A DNA stretch of 64,000 nucleotides from positions 14,900 to 78,899 of the forward strand of contig CAXHJY010001764.1 in the NCBI GenBank assembly GCA_964016885.1. The letters are read 5' to 3'. The position numbers were made by a program, and so were the translations under genes. Position 1 is the stretch's first letter, and every line of letters begins with the position of its first letter. Source of the DNA: Eledone cirrhosa. Taxonomy: Eukaryota. Positions 41,856 through 54,941 of the stretch are shown one piece after another. The notes below the pieces were generated by a model. That model did no database searches, was not told the DNA's origin, and saw only the letters and a list, made by a program, of their open reading frames with translations.

Positions 41856-43226
41856 TGGCATGTTTATTCCTCATTTCTGAAACAGTACAGTGAAGTACGG
41901 AAGACTTCGACCTGGGGATGGTGTCTACATTTTGTGCTTAGGCAAATAATTTTCCATTAAGATTTTTTAAAAGCATGTAATTGCGTTCCCTCTCTTTTTT
42001 GTTGTTGCTTTTGCTGCTGTTGGTGTGATAGCAGCCGTTGGTCGTACTACTAACACAGTCTTGTCCTTCTTCAGCCAATCGTGTATATCCCCTTCTGCCT
42101 TGTCTATTTAAACAATGATTGTAGCACCTCCTTGTTCTTCCGTCTCGGGCATATGCAAAGAGATTTGTCTTGCTTCCCACTCTTGAGCAGCCAACGTATA
42201 GTTGCTCGTGTGAAAAACATGACTCTACGAAAAGAAGACCAGCAACAACTAGGGATTTGTTGATAGACATTGCAAAGCTGACACGGTTCGGCGAATGGTT
42301 CGTTGATTGTGTTTCAAGTGCTCTTCTGGTGGCAGTACGTTCAGCATCTTGCGACTGTCAAATAGCAGATTCCACTGACGATTCGTTTGCCCGCCTCGTT
42401 CTTTTTCTTGCCCCTTTCGCAGTATTTCGGCCAATGGAGTATCTCTCCCTTCGAGGCATGACCTAAAAGCAGGACGAAGTACACTAAGACTTACTGGGAG
42501 ATTAAGGAGTAAGCGCGTCAGTGATGCATGTGATTTCCGAACCGTTGACTATGTAATTGCTGGCCTTGTGCCAAAATTAGTGGGACTTTTTGGGTGGCAT
42601 ATCGGCAGTAACAATGACGATGAGCTGTCTGTACTTTCGTGAAATAAATACGTTTGTTTATATTTTGTTTTTGTGTATGCAAAAATATCTGTACACGAAT
42701 ATATAATTATATCTATATATATATTAAAATAACAGATTAAAGTTTAAGCAAAGAATCGCTGCTTTCACTCTTAACGGGATCTGAAACTAAAAAAATCAAT
42801 TTGTGAACGCAGAAGTAAATATTTCGAAAAACATTGCAACCGAAGGAAAACAGGAAGACGATACTTTGGTTCGTGAAGATGTTCTCTGGCAATGAACGGA
42901 AAATAGCGAAGATAATATGTCAGCAATGAGAACAATGTTTTCATAATGTTGTAATGCAGACAGCCAGACATACAGACAGATATTATAAGGGCGCGACGTT
43001 ATAGCTATGTATCTATCTAAAAAGACAGATTAAGAAAGTGAGGGAGATCGCTAACTGGCGCCTAACAACAGAAAGTTGAAAAAGAAAAGCTGCAGTTAAT
43101 ATCTTTAGGCCGCAAGGAATATATAAATGTAAGTTTGAAGTCAATCGGAGTAGAAATCTGGAGTTGTATAGACTTTGCAAAAATTAGGACACACACAGAC
43201 AGAGACAATTTCAGTTTTGTATATAT
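41813..43226 (-). mobile_element. Helitron remnant with Pif1-helicase C-terminal fragment
   Basis: MSINKS...CFSHEQLYVGCSRVG (helicase motifs V/VI) at 41938-42270; 3' hairpin CCCGAGCAACACCGGG then CTAG|T. Confidence 0.8.
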
Positions 43227-43264
43227 GTATGTATGTATATATATATATATATATATATACACAT

Positions 43265-44520
43265 AACCCATGCTAGCGTGGAAGATGGACGTTAAACGAT
43301 GATGATGATGATATATATATATTCCACGCTAGCATGGGTTAGACGGGAGTGCCACTTGAGGCAAGGTTGGTCGGGAGACCGTGTCTCGCTCATATAAGAC
43401 TATCTGGCTGGATTCCCTTCCTAACACCAACCACATTTACAGTGTGGAACTGGGAACTTTTTACCGTGTTACCTACATGGCCACATTACAGCGTGGACTG
43501 TGAGTTTTTTTTTTTCCTTTTTTTTTAATAATATATATATATATATATATATATTTATAATATATATATATATTTATAATATATATATATATATATATAT
43601 AATCATCATCATCATCATCATCGTTTAACGTCCATCTTCCACGCTTGCATGGGTTTGGATGGGAGTTTTCCCACTTGAGGCAAGTGAGATATATTTATAA
43701 TGTATATATAATATATATATATATATTTATAATATATATATATATATTTATAATATATATATATATATAATATATATATATTTATAATATATATATAATA
43801 TATATATTTATAATATATGTAGATAAATCTACCAAGAGTTTACGGCAGTGTCCAATCCGTATGAAGAACTCAATGTAATCCGGATATCATGGAAAGATAT
43901 TATTTCTGAATTTGATAGTTTGTATAATTTTGTATAATTTTGTACATAGATCTGTTAAATATACATGCCAATTCTAACACATATATATCCCAGAAACGAT
44001 CGTTAAATAATGAACTTTTTTTGTTTAATATAAGGAACTGTTTCATTGTTTTATTCATTATTTTTTTAATATTTTATTTATAATATATATATAATATATA
44101 TATATTTATAATATATTATCATCATCATCATCATTGTTTAACGTCCATATTTCACGCTCGCATGGTTTTGGACGGGAGTTTTCCCACTTGAGGCAAGAGT
44201 GGTTGTCTTGCTCGCATAGGACTGTCTGGCGGGTTTTCTACGGCTGGATGCCCTTCCTAACACCAACCACATTTACAGTGTGGGACTGGGAGGTTTTTAC
44301 CGTGTTACCTACACGGCCACATTACAGCGTGGACTGTGAGTTTTTTTTTTCCTTTTTTTTAAATAATATATATATATATATTTTTTATATATAATATATT
44401 TATATATTTATAATATATATATATATATAATCATCATCATCATCATCATCATCATCGTTTAACGTCCATCTTCCAGGCTTGCATGGGTTTGGACGGGAGT
44501 TTTCCCACTTGAGGCAAGTG
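43265..44520 (-). mobile_element. Cluster of short RTE family A tail fragments (43265 inverted, 43322, 43603, 44118, 44431) among TA tracts
   Basis: Repeated (CAT)n CGTTTAACGTCCATCTTCCACGCTTGCATGGG... Confidence 0.85.
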
Positions 44521-44712
44521 AGATATATTTATAATGTATATATAATATATATATATATATTTATAATATATATATAATATATATATTTATAATATATATA
44601 TAATATATATATTTATAATATATATATATATATAATATATGGAAAGTTATATTTAAATTGTTGGGTTAACAACGAGTAATGCAAGTCGATTGAAAGGTAT
44701 GTCGTATCTATT

Positions 44713-44819
44713 TATTTATAAGACTGTTTATATTGTATTTTGTCTGAAGAAGGCATAACATATTGTTAATATGATATCCCTGAAATATATATAATGAAAT
44801 AAATATGGTTTTATAAATA
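44713..44819 (+). ncRNA. Type I hammerhead ribozyme (family H1, copy 3)
   Basis: TATTTTGT-CTGAAGA(44744-50)-AGGCATAACATATT GTT AATATGATATCCCT-GAAA(44782-85)-TATATA-TA^ATGAAATA. Confidence 0.83.
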
Positions 44820-44894
44820 TAGTTTCCATTTATTTAATATCATATATATATAATATATATATATATTTATAATATATATATATTTATAATATAT

Positions 44895-47530
44895 TATCAT
44901 CATCATCATCATCGTTTAACGTCCATATTCCACGCTTGCATGGGTTTGGATGGGAGTTTTCCCACTTGAGGCAAGAGTGGTTGTCTTGCTCGCATAGGAC
45001 TGTCTGGCGGGTTTTCTACGGCTGGATGCCCTTCCTAACACCAACCATATTTACAGTGTGGAACTGGGAGGTTTTTACTGTGTTACCTACACGGCCACAT
45101 AACAGCGTGGACTGTGTGTTTTTTGTCGTGACACCTACACGACCTTGTTTGTTTCGGGCTGGATGTTGTGGTACCAACATAACTTTACATTGAAAGGGGT
45201 GGTGTGGATGGGGTAGGGGTAGTGGGACGGGGGTGTATTTTGTTAGAGGTGCCTACTGACTGTGGTAGGTTTCACTTTGCACTTAGGTAAGGCGGGTCTT
45301 CTCTATTACTGTGTAGCGCCAAAGATCTCGGTCCAGTGACATTGTCTTGGAGAGGTGTAAGTGTGTGAGGTCGGAATTTATCAAGTCGTCCCAGGTTTTT
45401 CTGGGTCTGCCTACTCCGTGGCTACCGTCTATTTTTATTGCCTTGCACTTTTTTATACAGCTGTCGTCATTCATGCGCATCACGTGACCATACCAACGTA
45501 GTCTTCTCTCGAGTAAACAACATCTGATCCCTCTTATTTCTAATTTATCCCTTAGTTTGTTTATACTTTGCCGTTCACATATATTACTATTACACATCCA
45601 GCGGAGCATGCAAGCTTCGTTTCTCTCCAGTCTGCGTATATCCTCTGGACACAATGCCCAGGTCTCACTGCCATGTAACATTGCTGTTCGTATGCAGGCA
45701 TCATACAGCCTGCCTTTCATTTTTAGAGAGAACCCTTTAGCGGCCAATAGTGGTATAAGCTCTCTGAACTTTTTCCATCCCGTTCTGACTCTAGCTACTG
45801 CACTTTCAGAGCACCCTCCCCCACTGCTGATTTTGTCACCCAGGTAACGGAAGCTGTCCACTATTTCTATAGAACCATCTGTGCAATGGAATGAGTTAGT
45901 ATTCTGTGGGCACTTGCTGCTACTTATTGCACCAGAGCACCGGCCACATATAAAATCTATATTCTTAGTTAGCTTACCTGTGATCCCACTACATCTTTTA
46001 TGCACCCATACTTTGCATTTGGGACATAAAATGGAGTTTCTACCTACTCCTTTCCTACACACTGAGCATGGCCATTTCCCAGATGGGACCGGTGCCCTAT
46101 TTTCCTTCCGACAAACTAGAACTTTAGTCTTAGACAAGTTAACTTTAAGGCCTTTTGATTCTAGGCCATGCTTCCATGTTTGGAATTTCTTCTCTAGTTC
46201 AGCCATTGATTCAGCTATGAGCGTTAGATCATCTGCATATAGGAGTTCCCATGGGCAGCCGATCTTGAACTCCTCTGTTATAGCCTGAAGGGCAATAATA
46301 AATATTAGGAGCCTAAGGACGGAGCCCTGATGAACACCAACTTTTATGCTAAACTCTTCACTATATTCGTTGTTAATTCTAACCTTGCTGACTGTTTCTT
46401 TATACATGGCTTGTTTAGCTCTCACAAGCCATTCATCAACACCTAGTTTTCTAAGGGCCCACCAGATAATCGAGCGGGGTACTCTGTCAAAGGCTTTCTC
46501 CAAGTCAACAAAAGCTAAGTATAGGGGTTTACTTTTAGCTAGGTACTTCTCCTGTAGTTGTCGTACAATGAAAAGAGCGTCTGTTGTACTTTTACCTGAC
46601 AAACCCGAACTGCATTTCGTCTAGATCAATTCGCTCTCTGATTAGTTGCCCTATTACTTTTTCTGTGACCTTCATGACCTGGTCAATTAATTTAATGCCT
46701 CTATAGTTTCCCCTATCTAGGGCATCACCTTTAACCTTGTAGCAGTTAATGATGATGCTGCTGCGCCAGTCCTTCGGAACAACCCCATTCTGTATGACTT
46801 GGTTTACTATCCGGGTGACCATAGTGTGTCCCACCGTTCCAGATGCTTTCAGCATTTCGGCAACTATTTCCGAAGGCCCGGCCACCTTGCCCGTCTTCAT
46901 GTCTTTGATCGCCTTACTTATTATACTACCTTCAACTTGCACTGCTGGTCCCTCTATTGGGTCGATGTGGGGGAGACTGTCTTTCTCCCAATTATTCTCC
47001 TCATTTAGTAGCCTTTCGTAGTGACATTTCCAAGCTACCTTCTTATCAGCGTCAGTGATGGCAAGTACACCATCATCATTTAGGACACACTTCTCCCCGA
47101 CAATATCACTGTTTTCCTTGACACATTGCCTAGCAATCCTGAACACCTCACGTTTTTGGTCCTCGCGTTGTAGAACATGCTTGAACTGTCTTTCCTCTGC
47201 TTCCCTTCTTGCGAAGTACACTTGTCTCCTAGCTTCCCTCCTGGCCACTTGATAGTCTTCTTTACTTCCCCCATCCCGCCATACTTTCCAAGCCTGCTTT
47301 TTGGCCTTAATTGACTCCTCCACCTTACTGTTCCACCACCATGTTACTCTCCTCCTGCCAACAGGCCTGCTCCAGCCGCAGACTTCGTCTGCCGCCATCA
47401 GCAGGTTAGCTTTCAGGAATTCCCACTGTTCCTCTATATAGTACGACTCTAATTGCTCTTCCTTACTATCAAAAGCATCAAGTAATATGCTTTTAAATTT
47501 ATGACTGGCTGTGGGGTCCTTTAATTTCCA
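44895..47530 (-). mobile_element. 5'-truncated RTE LINE (family A) with frameshift near 46595
   Basis: ORFs 46592-47398 and 45283-46602; RT motifs. Confidence 0.95.
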
Positions 47531-47883
47531 TTTTTTTTTAATTTTTTATATATATATATAATATATATATTTATAATATATATATATATATATTTATAAT
47601 ATATATATAATATATATATATTTATAATATATATATATATATTTATAATATATATATATAATATATATATATTTATAATATATAATATATATATATTTAT
47701 AATATATATATATATTTATAATATATATATAATATATATATATTTATAATATATATATATATATTTATAATATATATATATATATTTATAATATATATAT
47801 AATATATATATATTTATAATATATATATAATATATATATATTTATAATATATATATATTTATAATATATATATATATATATAT

Positions 47884-49230
47884 AAGGCTATAACAGAGGA
47901 GTTCAAGACCGGCTGCCCATGGGAACTCCTGTACGCTGATGATCTAACGCTTATAGCTGAATCAATGTCTGAACTAGAGAAGAAATTCCAATCATGGAAG
48001 CATGGCCTAGAATCAAAAGGCCTTAAAATTAACCTGTCTAAGACTAAAGTTCTAGTATGTAGGAAGGAAAATAGGGCACTGATCCCATCTGGGAAATGGC
48101 CATGCTTAGTGTGTAGGAAAGGAGTAGGCAGAAACTCTATTTTATGTCCCAAATGCAAAGTATGGGTGCATAAAAGATGTAGTGGGATCACAGGTAAGCT
48201 AACTAAGAATATAGATTTTATATGTGGCCGGTGCTCAGGTGCAATAAATAGCAGCAAGTGCCCACAGAATACCAGCCCATTCCATTGCACAGATGGTTCT
48301 ATAGAAATAGTGGACACCTTCCGTTACCTGGGTAACAAAGTCAGCAGTGGTGGAGGGTGCTCTGAAAGTACAGTAGCTAGAGTCAGAACGGGATGGAAAA
48401 AGTTCAGAGAGCTTATACCACTATTGGCCACTAAAGGTTTCTCTCTAAAAATGAAAGGCAGGCTGTATGATGCCTGCATACGAACTTGGCATTGTGTGCA
48501 GAGGATCTACGCAGACTGGAGAGGAATGAAGCTTGCATGCTCCGATGGATGTACAATAGTAATATACGTGAACGGCAAAGCATAAATGAACTAAGTGAGA
48601 AATTAGGAATATGAGGGATCAGATGCTGTTTACTCGAGAGAAGACTACGTTGGTATGGTCACGTGATGCGCATGAAAGACGACAGCTGTATAAAAAGTGC
48701 AGGGCGATCAAAATAGACGGCAGCCACGGAGTAGGCAGACCCAGAAAAACCTGGGACGACTTGAGAAATTCCGACCTCACACACACCTCTCCAAGACAAT
48801 GTCACTGGACCGAGATCTTTGGCGCTACGCAGTTATACAGACGACCCACCTTGCCGAAGTGCAAAGTGAAACCTACAGTCAGTAGGCACCTCTTACCAAA
48901 ATACAGCCCCATCCCACTACCCACACCACCCCCTTCCGATGTAAAGTTATGTTGGTACCACAACATCCAGTCCTAAATAAATGAGGTCGTGTAGGTGTCA
49001 CAACAAAAAAACACACAGTCCATGCTGTAATGTGGCCGTGTAGGTAACATGGTAAAAACCTCCCAGTCCACACTGTAAACGTGGTTGGTGTTAGGTAGGG
49101 CATCCAGCCATAGAAAACCCGCCAGACAGTCCTATGCGAGCAACACAACCACTCTTGCCTCAAGTGGGAAAACTCCCATCCAAACCCATGCTAGCGTGGA
49201 AGATGGACGTTAAACGATGATGATGATGAT
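47884..49230 (+). mobile_element. RTE LINE (family A) 3' portion
   Basis: Starts at AITEEFKTGCPWELLYADD; frameshifts; 3' UTR and (GAT)n. Confidence 0.93.
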
Positions 49231-49266
49231 ATATATATAATATATATATATATTATATATATATAA

Positions 49267-49611
49267 TCATCATCATCATCATCATTTCATTTTACGTCCG
49301 CTTTTCCCTTCTTGCAAGGGTGGGACGGGAACTGATTCTGGCTTGATTTCTACAGCTGGATGCCCTTCCTAACACCAACCTCATTTACAGTGAGTGCTGG
49401 GTGCTTTTTTGCCGTGGCACCTCCACAACCACTTTACAGTGGAATGATAGGGACCTCAGTCCCTATCATCTCATTTCTACAGCTGAGTAAACTGGAGCAA
49501 TGTGAAATAAAGTGTCTTGCTCAAGGAAACAACACATCACCTGGTCTGAGAATTGAACTCACAACCTTTCGATTGCAAGGCCAATGCTCTAACCACTAAG
49601 CCATGTGCCTT
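49267..49611 (-). mobile_element. Full-length tRNA-derived SINE with RTE-type tail
   Basis: AGGCACATGGCTTAGTGGTTAGAGC...GAGTTCAATTC head, TTCCTTGAGCAAGACACTT body, GGTGTTAGGAAGGGCATCCAGC, tail plus (GAT)n. Confidence 0.9.
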
Positions 49612-49666
49612 CATAATATATATATTATATATAATATATATATGTATATATAATATATATATTATA

Positions 49667-50715
49667 CTAGCTGGCCTGTCCTGCTGGTGACCTGCTAGTA
49701 ATACTGGCATTTTATCTTTACACTCCAGTGCAAAGATACGACACGCCCTCTCAAGTCAGTGAGGGGGGGGGGGTCTGATGTTGGGTTTGAATAGTTTTTA
49801 GGATTCCCCAGTTCAGCAGCCAGTATGTTAAAGCAAATTGATAGTTACAACAATAAAAGCTGAACAGAGGACACATTTTTTAACAAACAATAATTTGTAC
49901 AACCATAATGGAAATTCCAAGTAACAGAAAATATTTAAATTACATTGTTAGAGCCTCAGAGTATACAATATTTTTTGTTCGGCCCTCGGGGCAAAGATGA
50001 AGAGATTGTTTGGCGAGCTAACCCTAGAGCATCCTACATACAATTGACCATGGGAGAATCACTGATCTCGAAGCTCGTCTCGCGGTGAAGCTCTGTAGAC
50101 GTTGACCTCAGGACACTCCTGTCAGGAGCAGGTAAGCTGTAGTGACTTAGAGGCCTACCACCAATCTCCAGGACAGTTTTCAAGACAAATAAGCGCCTCA
50201 TAAACGACATCGTATGTTACGTTCAGATTGTGTCTGCGTGTGCGGTGGAGGATGTCCTTTCGCGGTGGTTGTTCCACATTGCGAGAGGGTTGGCAAGATC
50301 GCAGTTGTGCAGCATAGTAGCAAAAAGTTTTCGCAGCTGCTGCTTCTTGCAGGGTGAGGTGCCAATGGCTGTCATCGTGTAACAAACCACGCATCTGGCA
50401 AGCCAAACGGTAAGTGGAACATTGATGGCTATTGTTGGTTCTCATATCTTTGAAAGACTGTGGATCTCTAACCTCGAACAGTAACAATGACGATAAGCCA
50501 TCTGTGCTTTCGTGAAATAAATAGGTTTTTGTCTTTGTGTATGCAAAAATATCTGTACACGAATATATATATTAAAATAACAGATTAAAGTTTAAGCAAA
50601 GAATCGCTGCTTTCACCCTTAACAGGATCTTCTGAAACTAAAAGAACACAGAAGTAAATATTTCGAAAAACGTTATCTAATGCAGACATACAGACTAAGA
50701 AAAAGTGAGGAATGG
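49667..50715 (-). mobile_element. Helitron remnant with RepHel fragment
   Basis: LLFEVRDPQSFKDMRT...TYRLACQMRGLLHDDSHW..TLQEAA is typical of RepHel; shares 50480-50710 with the 42610-43040 region; CTAG at 49667. Confidence 0.7.
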
Positions 50716-51091
50716 CATATAACTGGAAGTGTTGACATTTGAAATTTTAAAGAAGTGAATATTTAAATAATGTCTTTAATCTTTTAACAAAATTCAGTGT
50801 TATTTACATACGGCCGTCAGCTTTATAGTATAAACGTAATCCATGATACATTAAAAAAGGCATTAGGAGAAAATTAGTATGTTTATTTAAGTGATCGCCA
50901 CCGGAAGTGTTGACATCACACACTCTCTCTTTCTATATATATGGTAGTTGAAGTGGTGGTGGTGGCAACGATATACCGGAAGTGCAACTTTGAAAAGAAG
51001 TCAATTTTAAATTATTTATTTTTACGAAATTATTTTTGTTTACGAAATTTAGTAGATAAATTATGTAATATTCATTCATTATTTATTCAAA

Positions 51092-51283
51092 GTGGTGGAT
51101 TGGCAGTATCGGTAGAGGGTCGGACGCCATGCTTTGCAGCATAGAGTTGCCGCCCTTTATGGTCTGAGTTCAAATCCCGCAGAGGTTAACTTTGCCTTTC
51201 ATCCTTACGGGGTCGATAAAGTAAAGTACCAGTAATACACTGGAATAATGGCTGGCCTTGTGCCTAAAGTAGAAACAATTATT
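51092..51283 (+). mobile_element. tRNA-derived SINE (second family)
   Basis: A box TGGCAGTATCGG, B box GAGTTCAAATCC, body TTTGCCTTTCATCC..GATAAA..GTACCAG, tail GGCCTTGTGCCTAAAGTAGAAACAATTAT. Confidence 0.88.
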
Positions 51284-51547
51284 TATTCAAAGTAATCCAA
51301 CTTATTTTAATAACGGGATAAAAAAAATAATAAACCGTACGCAGTCCCGCAGACCTTCCTTTATTATAGTTTAAAGTGCAACAACACAGCTCGCCATTTT
51401 TTATTCATATATATATATATATATGAATTTTTTTTTTATCTATATATATTTTTTAAATCTTTATTCTTATTTTCACTTTTATCCTCCTTTATATTTTACC
51501 TTATTCTTACTTTTATACCTTATTATAGTGTAATCTTCCCCATGCCT

Positions 51548-51745
51548 TGGTGGATTGGCAGTATCGGTAGAGGGTCGGACGCCATGCTTTCCAGCATAGT
51601 TACGTCCCTTTACGATCTGAGTTCAAATCCCGCCGAGGTTGACTTTGCCTTTCATCCTTACGATAAAATAAAGTACCAGTAATGCACTGGGTGATTGCTG
51701 GCCTTGTGCCTAAAGTAGAAACAATTAATTATAGATTATTATTAT
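51548..51745 (+). mobile_element. tRNA-derived SINE (second family, copy 2)
   Basis: Closely similar to 51092-51283. Confidence 0.88.
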
Positions 51746-52041
51746 TACTCTTTTTCCATTTCTAATCACCTCATGTACTTTCTCCTCCGTTATATATATA
51801 TATTGTATGCCCTTTGTGTGTGTGTAGCCTCTGCACCCTACTATCGACGCCACTCCATCTATGGCTCAAATAACCACTCGACTCCCGGGAATGAATATGA
51901 CCACAGCTAGTAAACAAGGACTCACACTCCACCCTCCCGCACCAAAATTAGACTTATCGTCCCCTGCTTTTGCTCTTTACTCTCTTTACTCTTTGTTCTT
52001 GAATGTTTGGTTGGTAGAGTCCATAACACCAATCAAACCCC

Positions 52042-52101
52042 TTTTATAACTCTGACGAATGCTACGGTTACGTAAGGAAGAAACATTGTAAGCCAATAAA
52101 A
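52042..52101 (+). ncRNA. Degenerate hammerhead-like motif
   Basis: CTGACGA(52052-58)...TACG GTTA CGTA...GAAA-CATTG-TA^AGCCAATAAAA; stems partly lost. Confidence 0.4.
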
Positions 52102-53150
52102 AAATCTTTTGATGTTGTAGACGCTCTTGTGTTCTTTATCATATATATATATATGTATCTTTATGTATATGTTTATACATGTATATACATATATATATAT
52201 ATTTGTATTTTTTTCTGCTTTTCCCTGTTCCTTCCTCTCATCTCTCTTTACTTTCTATTCATCTTCTATTTCTAACTCTATATTCTGATGAAGGACTAGT
52301 ATTCTAAATGTTAAGACTATTTCAAGCGTTAAGCTAATATATTTCTTCCATGTACTGAGCCGTTTGTGATTTCCGTTTACCTTTTACATATATATATTTG
52401 AAATTGCGCCGTTAAAATAATTTTCAATATATATATATATATATATAATGTGTGTGTGTGTGCTATTTAAATATATAAATACGCATACATATTTTCGGAC
52501 GTATACGTAGTGTATGTGCATATGGCAATTTGGCGGAACAAGTCCAGGAAACATCTATAGAGAAAGAGATAGATATATACATATTGGTTTTATATATACA
52601 TAGTTTTCAGACACACATAGAGACAGACAGACATACGTACGTACGCACACACACACACACACATACATAGTAAATCTTCTCAACCATCATACTTTTTTCA
52701 TAGTACAACCACCTTGACTCTCTAATTCTCTTTTGTTCTATATCTTACATACAAACACACACACACTTGTGAGGGTGTGTATCATATTATTTACACTTGC
52801 CATATAATATGTTACTTGATGGTTACGTCAGGAAGAGAATAGACAGAGAAAGAGGAGGGGGGCTAACTAATGGCATGTTTGTGTTGTGTATGTGAGCTTT
52901 TGTGCGTGCATTCGTTTCTACAAATTAAAAACCATGTGAAACTTCATTTATTCAAAATGATTCTCTCTCTCTACCAAGAGAAAGAGAGACAGAAGTACTA
53001 GTACAGATTCTCTCTCTCTCTCATTTGTCTGGTGTCGTCTTTTTTCTTAGCTCCACTTTCTACGTATTTCTCACATACCCTTCCTAGCATCCCTTTACTC
53101 TAATATCTATCGTTGTCTTATCAAGTGTTTGTGTACGTTGATGTTCTCTT

Positions 53151-53410
53151 TCACTGCCTACGTCTCTCTCGCTCTTCGCATCTTTCGCTATTATAAGCAA
53201 ATGGGAGCCCACGCACTGGCAGCCCTCCGACCCTGGCGGACAGAATAGAGAAGGTATTTCCTTGGAGGATGCCGAGGGAGATGCGTTGGAAGAACCATTT
53301 TATCTCGCGAGGCTCAGATCTGAGGGTAGCCAACTCCGTGCCGATGGTGTTGAGTAGGGAGGAGGCCCTAGGGCCAAGGACACCAGAAGTCTCCACTGCT
53401 ACGGGATCAA
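53151..53410 (-). pseudogene. C-terminal restriction-like endonuclease fragment of a CRE-like retrotransposon
   Basis: AVETSGVLGPRA..LL..IG......EPRE..WFFQRISLGILQGN matches the typical CRE-clade C-terminus. Confidence 0.7.
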
Positions 53411-53714
53411 CTGCAAACTCTTAATACAACATTAATGGCCTGCTTTGGTTTTCTTAGCTGTGGTGAGGAAGAAAGGCAGGGAGCAGAGCGTTGAGGCGGC
53501 CATCTGTCTTGGTGCTGTATTAGCAATCTTAATGTTGGCAATATTTGTTCTGGTGGTGATTGTTGTTGTTGTGTTGGTGGTGATGATGATAGCGATCGAT
53601 ATCGTGGTCATAGTTGTTTGTTTAGTCCTACGCCACCCTTTTTTTTTTTTTCAGCCATAGTGGACCTCGGAGTGCATTATAGTTCTTGGTGGTGTAATTA
53701 CAATCAAGTATTGG

Positions 53715-53985
53715 CATAGGTATAGCTGTATGGTTAAGGAATTCACTTCCTCCCAAAATTGGTTCTGGGCTTAGTTTGACTGCGTCCCACCTTGAACGTT
53801 GGCTAGTGCCTTGTGGGTAAAATTTAGTTAATGGAAACTTTGTCATATAAATATGTGTGTGTGTTTATGTATGCTGTTTATTTATGTCTCATAAACTAGT
53901 GGTTCGACAAAGAAAGATTGATAAAATAAATACAAGACTTAAAGAAAAAAGTACAAAGATCCCTTCAAGGTGGTGCCCCAGTTAA
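53715..53985 (+). mobile_element. Diverged SINE; related fragment at ~11050-11215
   Basis: TAGCTGTATGGTTAAG head, (TG)n middle, GGTTCGACAAA...GATAAAATAAAT...GTGCCCCAG shared with the 11100 region. Confidence 0.55.
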
Positions 53986-54402
53986 AGGATAAAAGAAAGA
54001 AAGTATGGATGGAAAAGTCATAAAAAAGGGTGATTATACAACAGCTTGTGGATCCATGTGGACTTTTTAAAAGTAACACAAATACTCGGTATTGTATAAC
54101 GTGGTGACGGTTCTATTTTTAGATGTTCTACATTAAATGGGTTAATGAGAGAAAGCTATATAAAAACTCCTAAGACATTATATTGACTATAGAAATACAG
54201 AATCACAAAATAAAAACAGTTAATAAAATCGGACAAATTTTAACAAGTTTGTATGTCATAGATGAGGGTAAATGTGAATTTTCACATTTACGACAAGGTG
54301 CAGTTATTTGTGGGGGTGCAGTTATTTTTAAAAGCCCTAAATATACTGGGCTTCTGTTTTGTATTTCGTTATCTTGTAGCATTTAAAAATGGACCCCACG
54401 GC

Positions 54403-54590
54403 GTTACTGGTACTTTATTTTATTGTCCCCCTTAAGAATGAAAGGCAAAGCTAACATCAGCGGGATTTGAAATTTACGTTCTGAGTTCAAATCCTGCCAC
54501 GGTTATCTTTGCCTTTCGTCCTCAGAAGATCAATTTAGTTGGCTTTCCCCTTACCTTCAAAGTGCCTTGTTCCAAAAGTAGAAACAAATA
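54403..54590. mobile_element. Head-to-head fragments of the second SINE family
   Basis: 54403-54470 is a reverse-complement copy and 54474-54590 a forward copy of the SINE body. Confidence 0.65.
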
Positions 54591-54941
54591 CAGTAAAACC
54601 TCAGATCATGAAAGCTTGTCATCACGAACAATTTTTCTGAACATAAAACATCTTGGGTGACAAACAGTCTCTTGAGTAACGAACATGCAAGCCAGCAACA
54701 AGGTGGGAATATCGGTGGGAAAGCATCACTTGCTGTGTAGTTAGTTACTAAGGTGATATCTATCTGTCTCTCACATACAGTCTTTCTCGCCCACTTATTC
54801 CTGAGAGGGTCATAAGGTAGAGTCCTCAAACACTCCTTCTAACTGGTCCTGTCATAAGGAACGTTCTCCAACTGATCCAGCTGGATCCCCAAGCAAAACC
54901 AGCGAAGCTCATGGATGTTATCAAACCATCTTGCTTGGGGT

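Noticed and set aside
49540-49611. tRNA gene
   Set aside because: Only the SINE head: A/B boxes are present but acceptor and anticodon stems are imperfect and it continues into the SINE body.
52284-52335. Hammerhead at CTGATGAAGGACTAGT
   Set aside because: GAAA is missing (TTCAAGCGTTA); at most a decayed relic.
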